Origin: Anaeromyxobacteraceae bacterium
Lineage (GTDB): Bacteria > Myxococcota > Myxococcia > Myxococcales > Anaeromyxobacteraceae
NCBI GenBank assembly: GCA_047602405.1
Contig: JASGHJ010000001.1
Span: 1,344,001-1,408,000, forward strand
Direction of reading: 5' to 3'
Length of the DNA stretch: 64,000 nt
Each line of letters starts with the position of its first letter. The first letter of the stretch is position 1. Of the stretch, positions 19,220 to 30,235 are shown piece after piece. The notes below the pieces were generated by a model. That model ran no database searches and was not told the DNA's origin. It saw nothing but the letters and a program-made list of their open reading frames with translations. The translations under genes and the position numbers were made by a program.

Positions 19220-20427
19220 GAGGAAGACAGCGTAGCGCCGCGCCAGAGCCGCCGCACGAGCCACGCCGCGAACCCGAGCCACACGAGCGAGCGCGCGATG
19301 TTCCCCGGGTGCCAGACGAAGTCCCGGAACCAGGGATCCCACCGCAGCGCCCGCACCTGGAACGCGAGGTGGAAATCGACGACCGACACGAGCGCGAGCG
19401 GCCAGAACCACGCGCGCGGCGCCCCGGCGAGCGCACCGGCCAGGAACCCGTACAGCGCGTACTGCGGCGACCAGATCTTGTTCGTCGCGATCCAGACGAC
19501 GAGCGCGAGCGCGGTGCCGACGCGCACGGCGTCGAGCCAGGGGGCGTCCGCGCCCGAGGCGCCGGTCCCCTCACCCGCGCCGCCGGACCGCCGCGCCGCG
19601 CGGTACGCCGCCAACGCCGCCGCGAGCGTCGCCACCACGAACGGCGCGGTCGAGAGCGCCTCGAGGAGCGGGCCGGGGACGAGCCCGAGCGCGTCCCACA
19701 GCGAGTTCTCCGCCCCCCGCCCCGCGTTGAAGCGGAAGAACCACGTGTACCCGTCCCACGCCGCGAGCGCGACCGGCGCGTTCAGGAGCACGAGCGTCCC
19801 GGCCCCCGCCACCGCGAACGCCACCGCGCCGCGCTCGAGCCCGCGCGCGCCCGGCTCGCGCCGCCCGAGCAGGCCCGCCCACGCCGCGGGTGCGAGCACC
19901 GCCGGGAAGAGCTTCGCGGTCACGCCCGCCGCGGCCAGCGCGCCCGCGCCGCCGGCCCGGCCCCGCGCGAGCGCCAGCACCGCGAGCGCGACGAGCGCGA
20001 TCGGCAACAGGTCCCAGTTGAGCCCCGCGTAGTAGACGAGCGCCGGCGTCGCGCCGAGCCAGAAGGCGTCCGCCCCGTCCGTGCGCGCGAGCGCCCACAG
20101 CGCCGCGGCGAGGCAGAGCGCGAGCAGGGCGTACGTCACCGTGAAGTGCCCGATGGCCCCGCTCGGCGCCCACGACGGCAGCCACAGGAAGAGCCCGAGC
20201 AGCGGCGGGTACTCGATGTGGTCGTGCAGGTACGGGAGGGGGTGCGCCCCGCCGAGGTACCGGTCGCCGTGCAGCGCGATGATGTCGGAGTAGCAGTGGT
20301 GCTGGAACGCCCAGAACCGGTAGCCGCCGCCGGTGTGCCACGCCCCGCGCGCGACGTTCACGTAGCCGATCGCGAGCCACAGCGCGGCGAGGAGCGCGAC
20401 GGATCTCGGCAGGCGGCGCGCGGACAC
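19216..20427 (-). CDS. GT-C fold membrane glycosyltransferase (GT87-like mannosyltransferase)
   Basis: CYSDI, IEYPPL, NWDLLP, KLFP and NKIWSPQY motifs with many TM helices; start GTG 20427 chosen from the TACCTT -10 element. Confidence 0.8.
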   Translation of the reverse strand: MSARRLPRSVALLAALWLAIGYVNVARGAWHTGGGYRFWAFQHHCYSDIIALHGDRYLGGAHPLPYLHDHIEYPPLLGLFLWLPSWAPSGAIGHFTVTYALLALCLAAALWALARTDGADAFWLGATPALVYYAGLNWDLLPIALVALAVLALARGRAGGAGALAAAGVTAKLFPAVLAPAAWAGLLGRREPGARGLERGAVAFAVAGAGTLVLLNAPVALAAWDGYTWFFRFNAGRGAENSLWDALGLVPGPLLEALSTAPFVVATLAAALAAYRAARRSGGAGEGTGASGADAPWLDAVRVGTALALVVWIATNKIWSPQYALYGFLAGALAGAPRAWFWPLALVSVVDFHLAFQVRALRWDPWFRDFVWHPGNIARSLVWLGFAAWLVRRLWRGATLSSS

Positions 20428-20489
20428 GCCCGGCGAAGGTAGCACGCACGCCGCGAGACGGCGCGAACGAGACGCGCTAAGTAATCGAG

Positions 20490-21131
20490 GTGGACGCCGC
20501 CCGGGTGCACGCGTGGATCGGGGCCGTCGTGGCCGCGACGGGGCCGTGGGCGCCGCTCCTCCTCTTCGGCGCGGCGCTCGTCGAGTACGTCTTCCCCCCC
20601 TTCCCGGGCGACCTCGTCGTGGTCTTCGGCGCCTGGTACGCGGTCCACGGCGAGCTCTCCTGGCCGGTCACCTTCGTCGCGGTCACGCTCGGCGCGGTGG
20701 CGGGCGCGGCGCTCGACCACCGGCTCGGCATGCTGCTCGGCCGCGGGCTCGAGGGGCCCTGGGCGCACCGGCTCGGCATCTCGACCGAGAAGGTCGCGCG
20801 CTTCGAGGCCGCCTACCGCCGCTGGGGCGTGTGGCTCCTGCTCGCGAACCGCTTCATGCCGGGCATCCGCGGCTTCCTCTTCCTCGCGGCGGGCGCGGCG
20901 CGCATCCCGCTCCGCACCGTGGTCCTCTACGGCGGCATCTCCGCGGCCATCTGGAACGCCGGCCTCCTCGCCGCGGGCGCGTTCCTCGCGAAGAACGCCG
21001 ACGAGCTCGTCGAGCTCTTCCGCCGCTACACCGAGACCGCGACGGCGGTGCTCGCCGCCGTCGCGCTCGCGGCGGTGGCGGCCTGGCTGTGGCGGCGCCG
21101 CCGGGCGCGGCAAGTGGCGGGGCGGCCGTGA
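20490..21131 (+). CDS. DedA family membrane protein
   Basis: VEYVFPPFPGD and NRFMPGIR motifs. Confidence 0.9.
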   Translation: MDAARVHAWIGAVVAATGPWAPLLLFGAALVEYVFPPFPGDLVVVFGAWYAVHGELSWPVTFVAVTLGAVAGAALDHRLGMLLGRGLEGPWAHRLGISTEKVARFEAAYRRWGVWLLLANRFMPGIRGFLFLAAGAARIPLRTVVLYGGISAAIWNAGLLAAGAFLAKNADELVELFRRYTETATAVLAAVALAAVAAWLWRRRRARQVAGRP

Positions 21132-22076
21132 CCGGCCTCGCCTCGCTCGGCCTGGGGCTCCTGCTCGGCATGGGGGCGGCTCCCGCCCTCGAGGTCGCGG
21201 CGCCCTTTCCGGCGGCCTTGCCTTCGGGTCGGGCGAGCTACCGGATGGAGCTCGCGGGCGTGCACGTGGGGGCGGCGGTGCTCGTGCTCACGTGCGCGGG
21301 GGCGGAGTGCAGCGCCACCTGGACCGTGGACCTCGTCCTGCCCGACGAGGCCGGCGGCGAGCGCACGCACCGCGAGGATCGGGTGGGCGTCGACCGCGCC
21401 GGCCGGGCGCCGGACGGCGCCGTGCCGGCGATGATCGCGCCGGTCCTGCTGGGCAACTCCGAGACGGTGTTCGGCTGCGTCGACGCGCGTGACGAGCGCA
21501 CCCACGAGCGTGGAAAGGCGTGCCGGGAAGCCGTGGGGAAGCTGACCGTGATGGGCGTCGCCATGGAGGACGTGCCCGGCGCGGATGGCCTCCCCGACGA
21601 GGTGCGGATCCCGGGGCAACGGATGCGCTACGTCCGCACCCCGGACGCCGCTCCGCCCGCCGCGCCGCCGCGCCTCTTCGGCACGAAGGTCTCCGGCCCC
21701 GCGGGCGCGCGGCGCTTCTGCGGCGTCGCGCTCGACGCGACCTCGCCGCCGAGGCGGCCGGCGGGCCTCCCGCCTCCGCGCGGCGAGGGCCCGAGCTGTC
21801 GCGCGATCACCGTCGACTGGCTGGCCCGCGCGGAGCGGGCGGGCCACCGCGGCCGGGTGGCGGTGGGCGTCGTGCGCATGGGTGACGGCTGGGCGTGGCA
21901 CGCGTGGGCGGAGGTCCAGGCGGGTTCACGCTGGGTGCCCATCGAATCCGACCTTCGGCGAGTCGCCGGCGGCCTCGCCCCGCTTCACGGTCGCGCGCTG
22001 GACGCCCGGCGACGAGGCGAGCCGGCGCCGCGCGGGAGAGCGCGTGCTCGCCTGCTGGGGCACCGCCGCCGAGTAA
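21128..22076 (+). CDS. Secreted transglutaminase-like (Cys-His-Asp) protein, about 315 aa, +1 frameshift at about 21945
   Basis: Signal peptide; GPSC, WHAWAEV; removing one A from ATCGAATCCG restores WVPIDPTFG. Confidence 0.72.
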
Positions 22077-22140
22077 CGGGAATCGCAGGGGACGCGGCCC
22101 CCGCGTTCGAGCCGCACCTCACCGTGCGCATCTTGCCGGG

Positions 22141-22623
22141 ATGGAGCTCTTGCCCATCTACGTCGAGGACCACCTCGCCCTCGCCCTGGGCGGCCTGCGC
22201 CTCGCGCGCCGCTGCCGCGACGAGAACCGCGGCACCTCGCTCGCCGCCGTCCTCGACGACCTGCTGCCCGAGCTCCAGGACGACCAGGCGGCCCTCTCGC
22301 GCGCGCTGCGGGCGCTCGGGGGGCGGCCGAGCCTCGTGAAGGAGCTCGCCATCACCGCCGGGGAGCTCGTCGGGCGCTTCAAGCCCAACGGCAGGCTCCT
22401 CGGGTACTCGCCGCTCTCGCGGGTGTGGGAGCTCGAGGCGCTCGTCGCGGGCTCGTCCTCGCGGCGCGCGGCGTTCACGGTGCTCGCGCGCGCGGAGGGG
22501 CTGGATCCGCGGCTCGCCGGCTCGGGCTTCGACGCGCGCGCGGTCCGCGCCGGCGTCCACGCCGACACGCTGGAGCGGGCGCGGCTGCGCGCGGCGGCGG
22601 AGGTGCTGTCGGGCTCCGGGTGA
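22141..22623 (+). CDS. Conserved hypothetical helical protein (possibly ferritin-like)
   Basis: YVEDHLA, KPNGRLLGYSPLSRVWELE; GC-rich third codon positions. Confidence 0.6.
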   Translation: MELLPIYVEDHLALALGGLRLARRCRDENRGTSLAAVLDDLLPELQDDQAALSRALRALGGRPSLVKELAITAGELVGRFKPNGRLLGYSPLSRVWELEALVAGSSSRRAAFTVLARAEGLDPRLAGSGFDARAVRAGVHADTLERARLRAAAEVLSGSG

Positions 22624-22672
22624 TGGCGCGGGGCCGACCGCGAGGGCCGCGCCTCGCCGGCGGCCCGCTCGG

Positions 22673-23842
22673 CTACCGCGCCCGCCCCGCCAGGAACCGC
22701 AGGAACGCCGCGGCCTTGGGTGCGAGCGAGGCGAGGTCGACCTCCTCCCCGGGCGTGTGGAAGCCCTTGCCGCGCGGGCCGAGCCCGTCGATCGACGGGA
22801 TCCCGAGCGCGCCGGTCGTGCACGCGTCGGAGCCGCCGCCGACCTTCGGCGCCTCGCCGTCGCCGAGCCCGGCCGCACGCTGGCAGGCGCCGTACTCGGC
22901 CGCGAGGGCGGCGGAGGCGGCGGTGCGCTCGAGCGGGTCGCGCCAGGCGATGGGCGAGAGCGCGACCGAGGTGCCCTCCACGGCCGATTCGCCGCAGAGG
23001 CCGTCGAGCGCGGCGCGCAGCGCCTGGCCATCGGCGACGGTCTCGAAGCGGAGGTCCACCTCGCAGCGCGCGTCGGCGGGGACGGTGTTCTTCGTGGTGC
23101 CGCCCTGGATCGTCCCGACGTTCACGGTGAGGCCGCGGTCGTAGCGGGTGAGCCCCTGGGCGCGGTCGACGAACCGGGCGATCGACCAGATCGCGTTCTT
23201 GCCGTCTTGGTGTGCGTTGCCCGCGTGCGCCGCGACGCCCCTCGCGGCGGCGCGCGCGGAGGCGACGCCCTTCCTCGCCGTGACGATCTGGTCCCCGGTC
23301 CGGCCCGACTCGAACCCGAGCGCCGCCGCGGCGCCGCGCGCCCGCTCGACCATGAGCGGCTGCGACTCCGGCGAGCCGACCTCCTCGTCGGAGACCAGCA
23401 TGCCCCGCACCGGCACCCGGTCGAGCAGGCCCGCGCGACGCGCGGCGAGGAGGCCGTACAGCATCACGACCACGCCCCCCTTCATGTCGAACGTGCCCGG
23501 GCCGCGCGCGCGATCGCCGCTGCGCTCCCAGACCTCGCTCTCACCCGACGAGAACGTCCCCGGGGGGAAGACCGTGTCCGTGTGGCCGATGAGGAAGACG
23601 GGCGCGCCCTCGGCAGGGCCGGCGAACGCGAGGTGCGGGCCGAACTTCACGCCCGGGAGCCGCTCGACGGCGAGCCCGGCCTGCTCGAGCACCGGGACGA
23701 CGAGGTCCACCACCGCCGCGACGCCGGCCGGGTTCTTCGTGAACGAGTTCTGCCGGACGAGCGCCTCGAGCAGCCGCTCCATCGCCGGCCGCTCGGCCTC
23801 GAGCCAGCGGAGCGCGTCTTCCACGGGGCCGGGCGCGTTCAT
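22673..23842 (-). CDS. M20 family metallopeptidase (glutamate carboxypeptidase/ArgE-DapE-like)
   Basis: GHTDTV, GTFDMKGG, SDEEVGS, AHAG, GGGSD, FHTPGE. Confidence 0.9.
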   Translation of the reverse strand: MNAPGPVEDALRWLEAERPAMERLLEALVRQNSFTKNPAGVAAVVDLVVPVLEQAGLAVERLPGVKFGPHLAFAGPAEGAPVFLIGHTDTVFPPGTFSSGESEVWERSGDRARGPGTFDMKGGVVVMLYGLLAARRAGLLDRVPVRGMLVSDEEVGSPESQPLMVERARGAAAALGFESGRTGDQIVTARKGVASARAAARGVAAHAGNAHQDGKNAIWSIARFVDRAQGLTRYDRGLTVNVGTIQGGTTKNTVPADARCEVDLRFETVADGQALRAALDGLCGESAVEGTSVALSPIAWRDPLERTAASAALAAEYGACQRAAGLGDGEAPKVGGGSDACTTGALGIPSIDGLGPRGKGFHTPGEEVDLASLAPKAAAFLRFLAGRAR

Positions 23843-23867
23843 CCGGGCCCTGGTATAAGGGGCGCGC

Positions 23868-24938
23868 ATGGCCACCGGCAAGCGCTTCAAGGCCGCGGTG
23901 ATCGGCGGGTCGGGCTACGGCGGCGCCGAGATGATCCGGCGCCTCCTCGTGCACCCCGACGTCGAGCTCGTCCGCGTCGCCTCCGTCGACTTCGTGGGCG
24001 AGCCGCTCTCCGCGGCGGACCCGGCCCTCGAGGGCCAGACTGACCTCGTCTTCGAGGGCATCCCTCCCGCGGAGGCCGCGAGGGACGTCGACGTCGTCCT
24101 CCTCGGGCTCCCGCACACCGTCGCCGCCTCCAAGATCCCGGAGATCGCGACGACGACCTCCGCGAAGATCGTCGACATGAGCGGCGACTTCCGCCTGAAG
24201 GACGTCGCCTCCTACGAGCGCTGGTACAAGCACGCGCACCCGTGCCCGGAGCGCCTGAAGGACTTCGTCTACGGCCTGCCCGAGCTCAACCGCGAGCGGA
24301 TCCGCGGCGCGCGCTTCGTCGCCTCGCCGGGCTGCTTCGCGACCACCATCGAGCTCGCGCTCCTGCCCCTCGCGAAGGCCGGGCTCCTCGACGGCCAGGT
24401 CGTGCACGTGCAGGGCATCACCGGCTCCTCGGGCTCCGGCGTCGCGCCCTCCGCGGGCACGCACCACCCGGTGCGCGCGAACAACCTGAAGACCTACAAG
24501 CCGCTCGAGCACCAGCACGTGCCGGAGATCCTCGAGACCCTCGTCGCCGCGGGCGGTGGCAGGGCGCCCGGCCTGCGCTTCGTGCCGGTCTCGGCGCCCC
24601 TCGGCCGCGGGATCTTCGCGACGGCGTTCGTCGAGCTGCCCGAGGCGTGGACGCAGGAGCGGCTCGAGAAGCTCTACCGCGACGCCTACGCGGGCGAGCC
24701 CTTCGCGCGCGTGCCGAGGAAGCGCCTCCCCGAGGTCGCGGCGGTCTCCGGCTCCAACTTCGCCGAGGTCGGCGTCGTCGCCGGCCAGGCGGTGGACGGC
24801 CGGCGCACGGTCACGCTCTTCGGCGCGACCGACAACCTCGTGAAGGGCGGCGCGGGCCAGGCCATCCAGAACATGAACCTCGTGCTCGGCCTCGACGAGC
24901 GGGCCTCGCTCGCCGACCCGGGGCCGTGGCCGCCGTAG
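23868..24938 (+). CDS. argC: N-acetyl-gamma-glutamyl-phosphate reductase
   Basis: IGGSGYGG, DMSGDFRL, YGLPEL, SPGCFAT, DNLVKGGAGQAIQNMN. Confidence 0.95.
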   Translation: MATGKRFKAAVIGGSGYGGAEMIRRLLVHPDVELVRVASVDFVGEPLSAADPALEGQTDLVFEGIPPAEAARDVDVVLLGLPHTVAASKIPEIATTTSAKIVDMSGDFRLKDVASYERWYKHAHPCPERLKDFVYGLPELNRERIRGARFVASPGCFATTIELALLPLAKAGLLDGQVVHVQGITGSSGSGVAPSAGTHHPVRANNLKTYKPLEHQHVPEILETLVAAGGGRAPGLRFVPVSAPLGRGIFATAFVELPEAWTQERLEKLYRDAYAGEPFARVPRKRLPEVAAVSGSNFAEVGVVAGQAVDGRRTVTLFGATDNLVKGGAGQAIQNMNLVLGLDERASLADPGPWPP

Positions 24939-24969
24939 CCCGGCAACGCAGCAGCCGCAGGGAGACGAG

Positions 24970-25784
24970 ATGAAGACCATCGTGGTGAAGCTCGGCGGCG
25001 AGATCGTCCGCTCGCCGGAGCTCGACCTCATCGCCCGGGACCTCGGCACGCTCGCGGCCGGCTTCCACAAGGTGTCGGTCGTGCACGGCGGCGGCCCGCA
25101 GGTCACCGAGATGCAGGCCCGCCTCGGCCTCGAGACCCGCATGATCGCCGGGCGCCGCTTCACCGACCCGGCCACGCTCGAGGTGCTCGAGGCGGTCGTC
25201 GCCGGGCAGCTCAACGTCACCCTGTGCGCGCGCCTGCTCGCGAACGGCGTCATGGGCGTCGGGCTGCACGGCGCCTCCGGCCACGTCATCCAGGCGCGCC
25301 GCCGGCCGCCGAAGGTGATGCAGGGCGCGGGTCCGGACCCGGTGGACCTCGGCCTCGTCGGCGACGTGGTCGGCTTCAACCTGCCGCTCCTCGGCGACCT
25401 CTTCGAGCGCCGCTACGTGCCGGTGCTCGCCTGCGTCGGCTGCGACGCCGGCGGCCAGGTGCTCAACATCAACGGCGACACCGTCGCGAGCCAGCTCGCC
25501 GCGGCGCTCCGGGCCGACGCGCTCGTGCTCGTCACCTCCACCCCGGGCGTGCTCCGCGACGTGAAGGATCCCGCGAGCCGGATCCGCGCATCACGCGGCC
25601 CGAGTTCGAGCGCATGGTCGCGGACGGCACGATCTCGGGCGGCATGATCCCGAAGCTCGAGGAGTCGTTCGGCGTGATCGACCAGGGCGTCCGCTCGGTG
25701 GTCGTCGTCGGCAAGCTCTCCGCCGGCGACCTCGCGCGGGCCGTGCTCGACCCGGGCAGCGCGGGCACCGTGCTCGTGGCGTGA
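24970..25784 (+). CDS. argB: Acetylglutamate kinase, about 271 aa, -1 frameshift at about 25585
   Basis: VVKLGG, VHGGGPQ, GRRFTD, NINGDT in ORF 24970; ISGGMIPKL in the next frame; one base missing just after GATC 25581-25584. Confidence 0.9.
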
Positions 25785-25850
25785 GGCCGTCCCCGGCAGC
25801 CTGGGCGGCGAGGCCGCGCCTCCTCTACCCGTGGTAACATGGTCGACCCG

Positions 25851-28800
25851 GTGACGGTCGGTCCGCGCCAGCTCCTCGGAGGTCTCCTCCTCGTCCTGCC
25901 GCTCGCGGCGGCGGCGACGGCGCCGCTCGCCTTCGAGCGGGTGGGCGTCGGCGACGGCCTGCCGAGCGAGACCGCGACCGCGGTGCTGCGCGATCGCGAC
26001 GGCTTCGTCTGGGTGGGCACGCGCGACGGCCTCGCGCTCTACGACGGCTACGGGATGCGCGTGTTCCAGCACGACGCCGACGACCCGGAGTCGCTGCCGA
26101 ACAACGGCATCCGCGCGCTGCACGAGGACGCGGCGGGCCGCCTGTGGATCGCGACGAACGGCGGCGGGCTCGCGCTGCTCCACCGGGGCACCTGGCGCTT
26201 CCGCACCTTCCGCCACGACGACGCGCACCCCGACAGCCTCGGGAACGACACCGTCTACGCCATCGAGCCCGCCCGCGACGGGCGGCTCTGGGTGGGCACG
26301 CACGCGGGGCTGGATCGCCTCGACCCGGAGGCCGGGACCTTCGAGCACGTGCTGCGCGGCGACGGGCCCGCCCCGCGCTTCGGGCAGGTGATGGTGGTGA
26401 CCGAGGATCCCGGCGGCCGGCTGTGGGTCGGCTCGTACGGGAGCGGCCTCGCCGTCCGCGACGCCGCCGGCGCCTGGACCTTCCACCGCCACGAGCCGGG
26501 CCGGCGCGACTCGCTCGCCGGCGACGACGTCTTCGCGATCGCGCTCGACGGGGCCGGCCGCGCGTGGCTCGGCACGCACGACGGGCTCGACCGCTGGGAG
26601 GGTCACCCCGGCAGCTTCGTGCACGTCGACCTCGCCCCCACCGGGCCGCCGAAGGTGCTCGTCACGACCCTCGTGTTCGGCGAGGGCGGGGAGCTGTGGG
26701 TGGGCACCATGGGGCGGGGGCTCATCGAACTCGGCCCGGGCGGCGCAGGTCCGGCCGTCGCCCACCGGCCGAGCGCCGCGTCCGCCACCGCGCTCCCGAG
26801 CGACCAGGTGGTGGGGCTCGCGCTCGACGGCCCCGAGCTGTGGGTCGCGACCTACGGCGGCGGCCTCGCCCACGCGCGGACGGGTCGCGCGCTGCCGCTC
26901 GCGCCGGCGCGGCCGGCTCCGGCACCGGGAAGGAGCGGCGCGGACCCCGCGCAGGACGACCTGCTCTCCGTCGTCGAGGGGCCCGACGGGACCGTCTGGG
27001 CGGCGAGCTTCGGCGGCGGCCTCCTCGAGTACGCGCCGGGCAAGGGCCCCGTGCGCCACCTCCAGGAGCGCGGCAAGGGCTCGGGGATGCTCCACGTGCG
27101 GGCCGGCGGGAAGGGGCGGCTGTGGATCGGGGCGCAGGACCGGCTGTGGCGCTACGAGCCCGCGACCCGGAGGGCGGAGGAGCTGCGCAACGATCCGGCC
27201 GACCCCGCGTCGATCCCCGCGGGCTACGTCACGGTCACGCTGTCGGACCGCGCCGGGCGCAAGTGGGTGGGCACCGGCGGCGGCGGGCTCGTCCGGCTCG
27301 ACGGCGACGCCCACCGCAAGGTCGTGGCCCGCTTCGCCCCGGACGTGCCGCCGCCCGCGCGGCTCGCCGACGGCTACGTCACCGCGCTCCTCGAGGACGC
27401 CCGCGGCACGATTCTGGGTCGGCACGCGCCAGGGGCTCCACGCGCTCGACCCGGAGAAGGGCACCGTGACCGCGGTGCCGGTGGGGCGCGACCGGCGGCG
27501 CTCGCTCGCGAGCGGCGCGGTGAACTGCCTCTTCGCCGACGCGCACGGCGGCCTGTGGGTGGGCACCGGGGCCGGCCTCGTGCGGATGGACGCGTCGAGC
27601 GGCCCCGCCGACGTCCGCGTCGAGCACTTCACCTCGCGGGAGGGGCTCGTCGACGACGACGTCACCGCGGTGGTGGAGGACGACGACGGCTCGCTCTGGG
27701 TGGCGACCCGCTCCGGCCTCTCCCGGTTCGACCCGGCGACCGTGACCTTCGTGAGCTTCGACGCGGCCGACGTCCTCGGCTCGATCGAGTTCAACCCGAG
27801 CGCGGCCGCGCGCGGCCGCACGAACCTGATCTTCGGCACCCGCCGCGGGCTCCTCGAGATCCCGCGCGGCACCGCGTTCCCGCGGCGCAACCCCTCGCGC
27901 GTCGCGCTCACCTCGATCCGCACCGCCGACGGCGAGGTGGCCGTCCCGGTGCCCGTCTGGCGGCTCGGCGCGCTCTCGGTCCCCTACGGCCGCTGGCTCT
28001 CGGTCGAGATGGCGGTGCTCGACTACCGCGCCAGCCACCGCCACCGGTACGCCTACCGGCTCCGCGACGGCGACCCGTGGGTGGAGCTCGGCGCGCGGCG
28101 CGAGGTCACCTTCGCCGGGCTCGCGCCGGGCAGCTACCGCCTCTCGGTGCGCGCGCGCGACGCGCGCGGCGCCTTCAGCGTCGCCGAGCCTTCCCTCGCC
28201 CTCACGGTCGTCCCGCCGTACTGGATGACCTGGCCGTTCCGGCTCGCCGTGCTCGTGGCGCTCGTGGCGCTCGCGTCCTCGATCCACCTCGGGCGCCTGC
28301 GCGGGCTCTCCCGGCGCAACGCGGCGCTCGAGGCGGTGCGCGAGGAGCGCGAGGCGGCCTACGAGCGCCTGCGCCAGCTCACCATCCACCTCGAGGCGGT
28401 GCGCGAGGACGAGCGGCGCTGGATCGCCCGCGAGCTGCACGACGAGATGGGGCAGGAGCTCACCGCGGCGAAGATCAACCTGCAGCTCCTCGGGCGCACC
28501 CCGCAGCCGGCCCTCCCGGCCGCGTTCGCGGCCCAGGGCGCGGGGGCCCCCTCCACGCCCCAGGGCGTCGCCGACACGGTGCAGCTCCTCGACCGCCTCA
28601 TCGCCCGGGTGCGGAACCTCTCGCTCGACCTCCGGCCGCCGCTCCTCGACGACCGCGGCCTGAGGCCCGCGCTCGAGGGCTGGCTCGAGGCGGTCGGGAA
28701 GCGATCGGGCATGTCCACCCGGCTCGCGGTGGAGGGTGAGATCGGCAGGCTGGCGCCGGAGATCGAGATCACGGGCTTCCGGGTCGTGCAGGAGGCGGTC

Positions 28801-29082
28801 ACGAACGCGCTCAGGCACGCGCACGCGCGCGGGCTCGAGGTGGCGCTCAGCCGGCGGGACGGGGCGCTCCGCCTCGCCGTCAAGGACGACGGCGCCGGGT
28901 TCGACGTGGAGGACGCCCTCGCGCGCAGCGCGGGCGGGGATCACATCGGGTTGCTCGGCATGAGAGAACGTGTCGAGATGATGGGCGGTGGGCTGGAGAT
29001 CGCGTCGGCCGTGGGCGCTGGCACCGAGGTGCGCGCCTGGCTGCCGCTGGAGGTCGTACGTGAACGTGCTCCTGGCAGATGA
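25851..29082 (+). CDS. Sensor histidine kinase: Reg_prop beta-propeller repeats, Y_Y_Y, TM, HisKA_3, HATPase; about 1076 aa, +1 frameshift at about 27412
   Basis: Repeated D..G.LWVGT..GL units, LAPGSYRLSVRA, IARELHDEMGQ, QEAVTNALRH, DDGAGFD; GATTC 27410-27414 read as GATC restores TIWVGT. Confidence 0.88.
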
Positions 29083-29698
29083 CCACACCCTCGTGCGGGC
29101 GGGCCTGAAGGCCCTGCTCGAGACCATCGAGGGCGTGACCGTGGTGGGCGACGTCGGCCGCGGCGACGAGGCGCTCGCCGCCATCTCCCAGCACAAGCCG
29201 GACGTCGCCGTGCTCGACCTCTCCATGCCCGGGCTCACCGGCGTCGAGGTCGCCGAGCGCGCCGCGAGGGAGTCCCCGAAGACGCGCGTGCTCATGCTGT
29301 CGATGCACGCCACCGAGACCTACGTCGCCCAGGCGCTGCGCGCCGGCGCCCGCGGCTACCTCGTGAAGGAGGCCGCCGTCTCCGAGCTGCCCCTCGCCCT
29401 CGAGGCCATCTCCCGCGGCGACACGTACCTCTCCCCGGGGATCTCCCGGCCCGCCCTCGACGAGCTGCTCGCCTCGGGCAAGGCCTCGCCGCTCGAGACC
29501 CTGAGTCCGCGCCAGCGCGAGGTGCTCCGCCGGATCGCCGAGGGCCAGGCCACGAAGGAGATCGCCTTCGAGCTCGGACTGTCCGTGAAGACGGTCGAGA
29601 CCCACCGCGCCCAGCTCATGGAGCGCCTGGGAATCCGGGACGTTCCGGGCCTCGTGCGGCTCGCGATCCGGGCGGGGCTCGTCTCCTCCGACCGCTGA
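29060..29698 (+). CDS. NarL/FixJ family response regulator
   Basis: LLADDH, VLDLSMP, GYLVK, C-terminal LuxR HTH (LSPRQREVL...LSVKTVETHR); SD GGAGG. Confidence 0.93.
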   Translation: MNVLLADDHTLVRAGLKALLETIEGVTVVGDVGRGDEALAAISQHKPDVAVLDLSMPGLTGVEVAERAARESPKTRVLMLSMHATETYVAQALRAGARGYLVKEAAVSELPLALEAISRGDTYLSPGISRPALDELLASGKASPLETLSPRQREVLRRIAEGQATKEIAFELGLSVKTVETHRAQLMERLGIRDVPGLVRLAIRAGLVSSDR

Positions 29699-29800
29699 GC
29701 ACGGCGCCTCCGCACGACCCGCGGGGGTCTCCCCGGGGTCCCCGCGCCCCCAAGGAATTCCCCGAGTGCTCCGCGGCCCGGGCCTGCCCAAGTTGGGCCC

Positions 29801-30235
29801 GTGGACATCCCGCTGCAGGGTCCGAGCGTGGAGCCCGTCGCCCCGGCGACGGCGCCCCGGCGCCGCGTCCGCGTCCTCGTGGCCGACGACCACGCCGACC
29901 TCCGCCGGAGCCTCGCGGCGTGGATCGAGGGTCACCCGCGGCTCGAGCTCGCCGGCCTCGCGGTCGACGGCCACGAGGCGGTCGCGAAGACCGCCTGGCT
30001 CCGGCCGGACCTCGTCATCATGGACGCCTCGATGCCGTTCCTCGACGGCTTCGAGGCCACCCGGCAGGTGAAGCGGCTCGCGGGCGCGCCGCGCGTCGTC
30101 TACGTGTCCCTGCTCGACGACGCGACGTCCGTGGCGGAGGCCGAGGCGGCCGGCGCGGACGCGTTCCTGTGCAAGACCGAGCTCGTCCAGCGGCTCGACG
30201 GGCTGCTCGACGTCTACTTCCCGCCCGCGGCCTGA
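29801..30235 (+). CDS. Single-domain response regulator (receiver only)
   Basis: VLVADDH, IMDASMP..DG, FLCK; start uncertain (29801 or 29828). Confidence 0.8.
   Translation: MDIPLQGPSVEPVAPATAPRRRVRVLVADDHADLRRSLAAWIEGHPRLELAGLAVDGHEAVAKTAWLRPDLVIMDASMPFLDGFEATRQVKRLAGAPRVVYVSLLDDATSVAEAEAAGADAFLCKTELVQRLDGLLDVYFPPAA

Noticed and set aside
23868..25784. LysW-dependent (lysY/lysZ/lysK) pathway
   Set aside because: No LysW carrier or LysX/ArgX ligase is visible; motifs fit ordinary ArgC and ArgB
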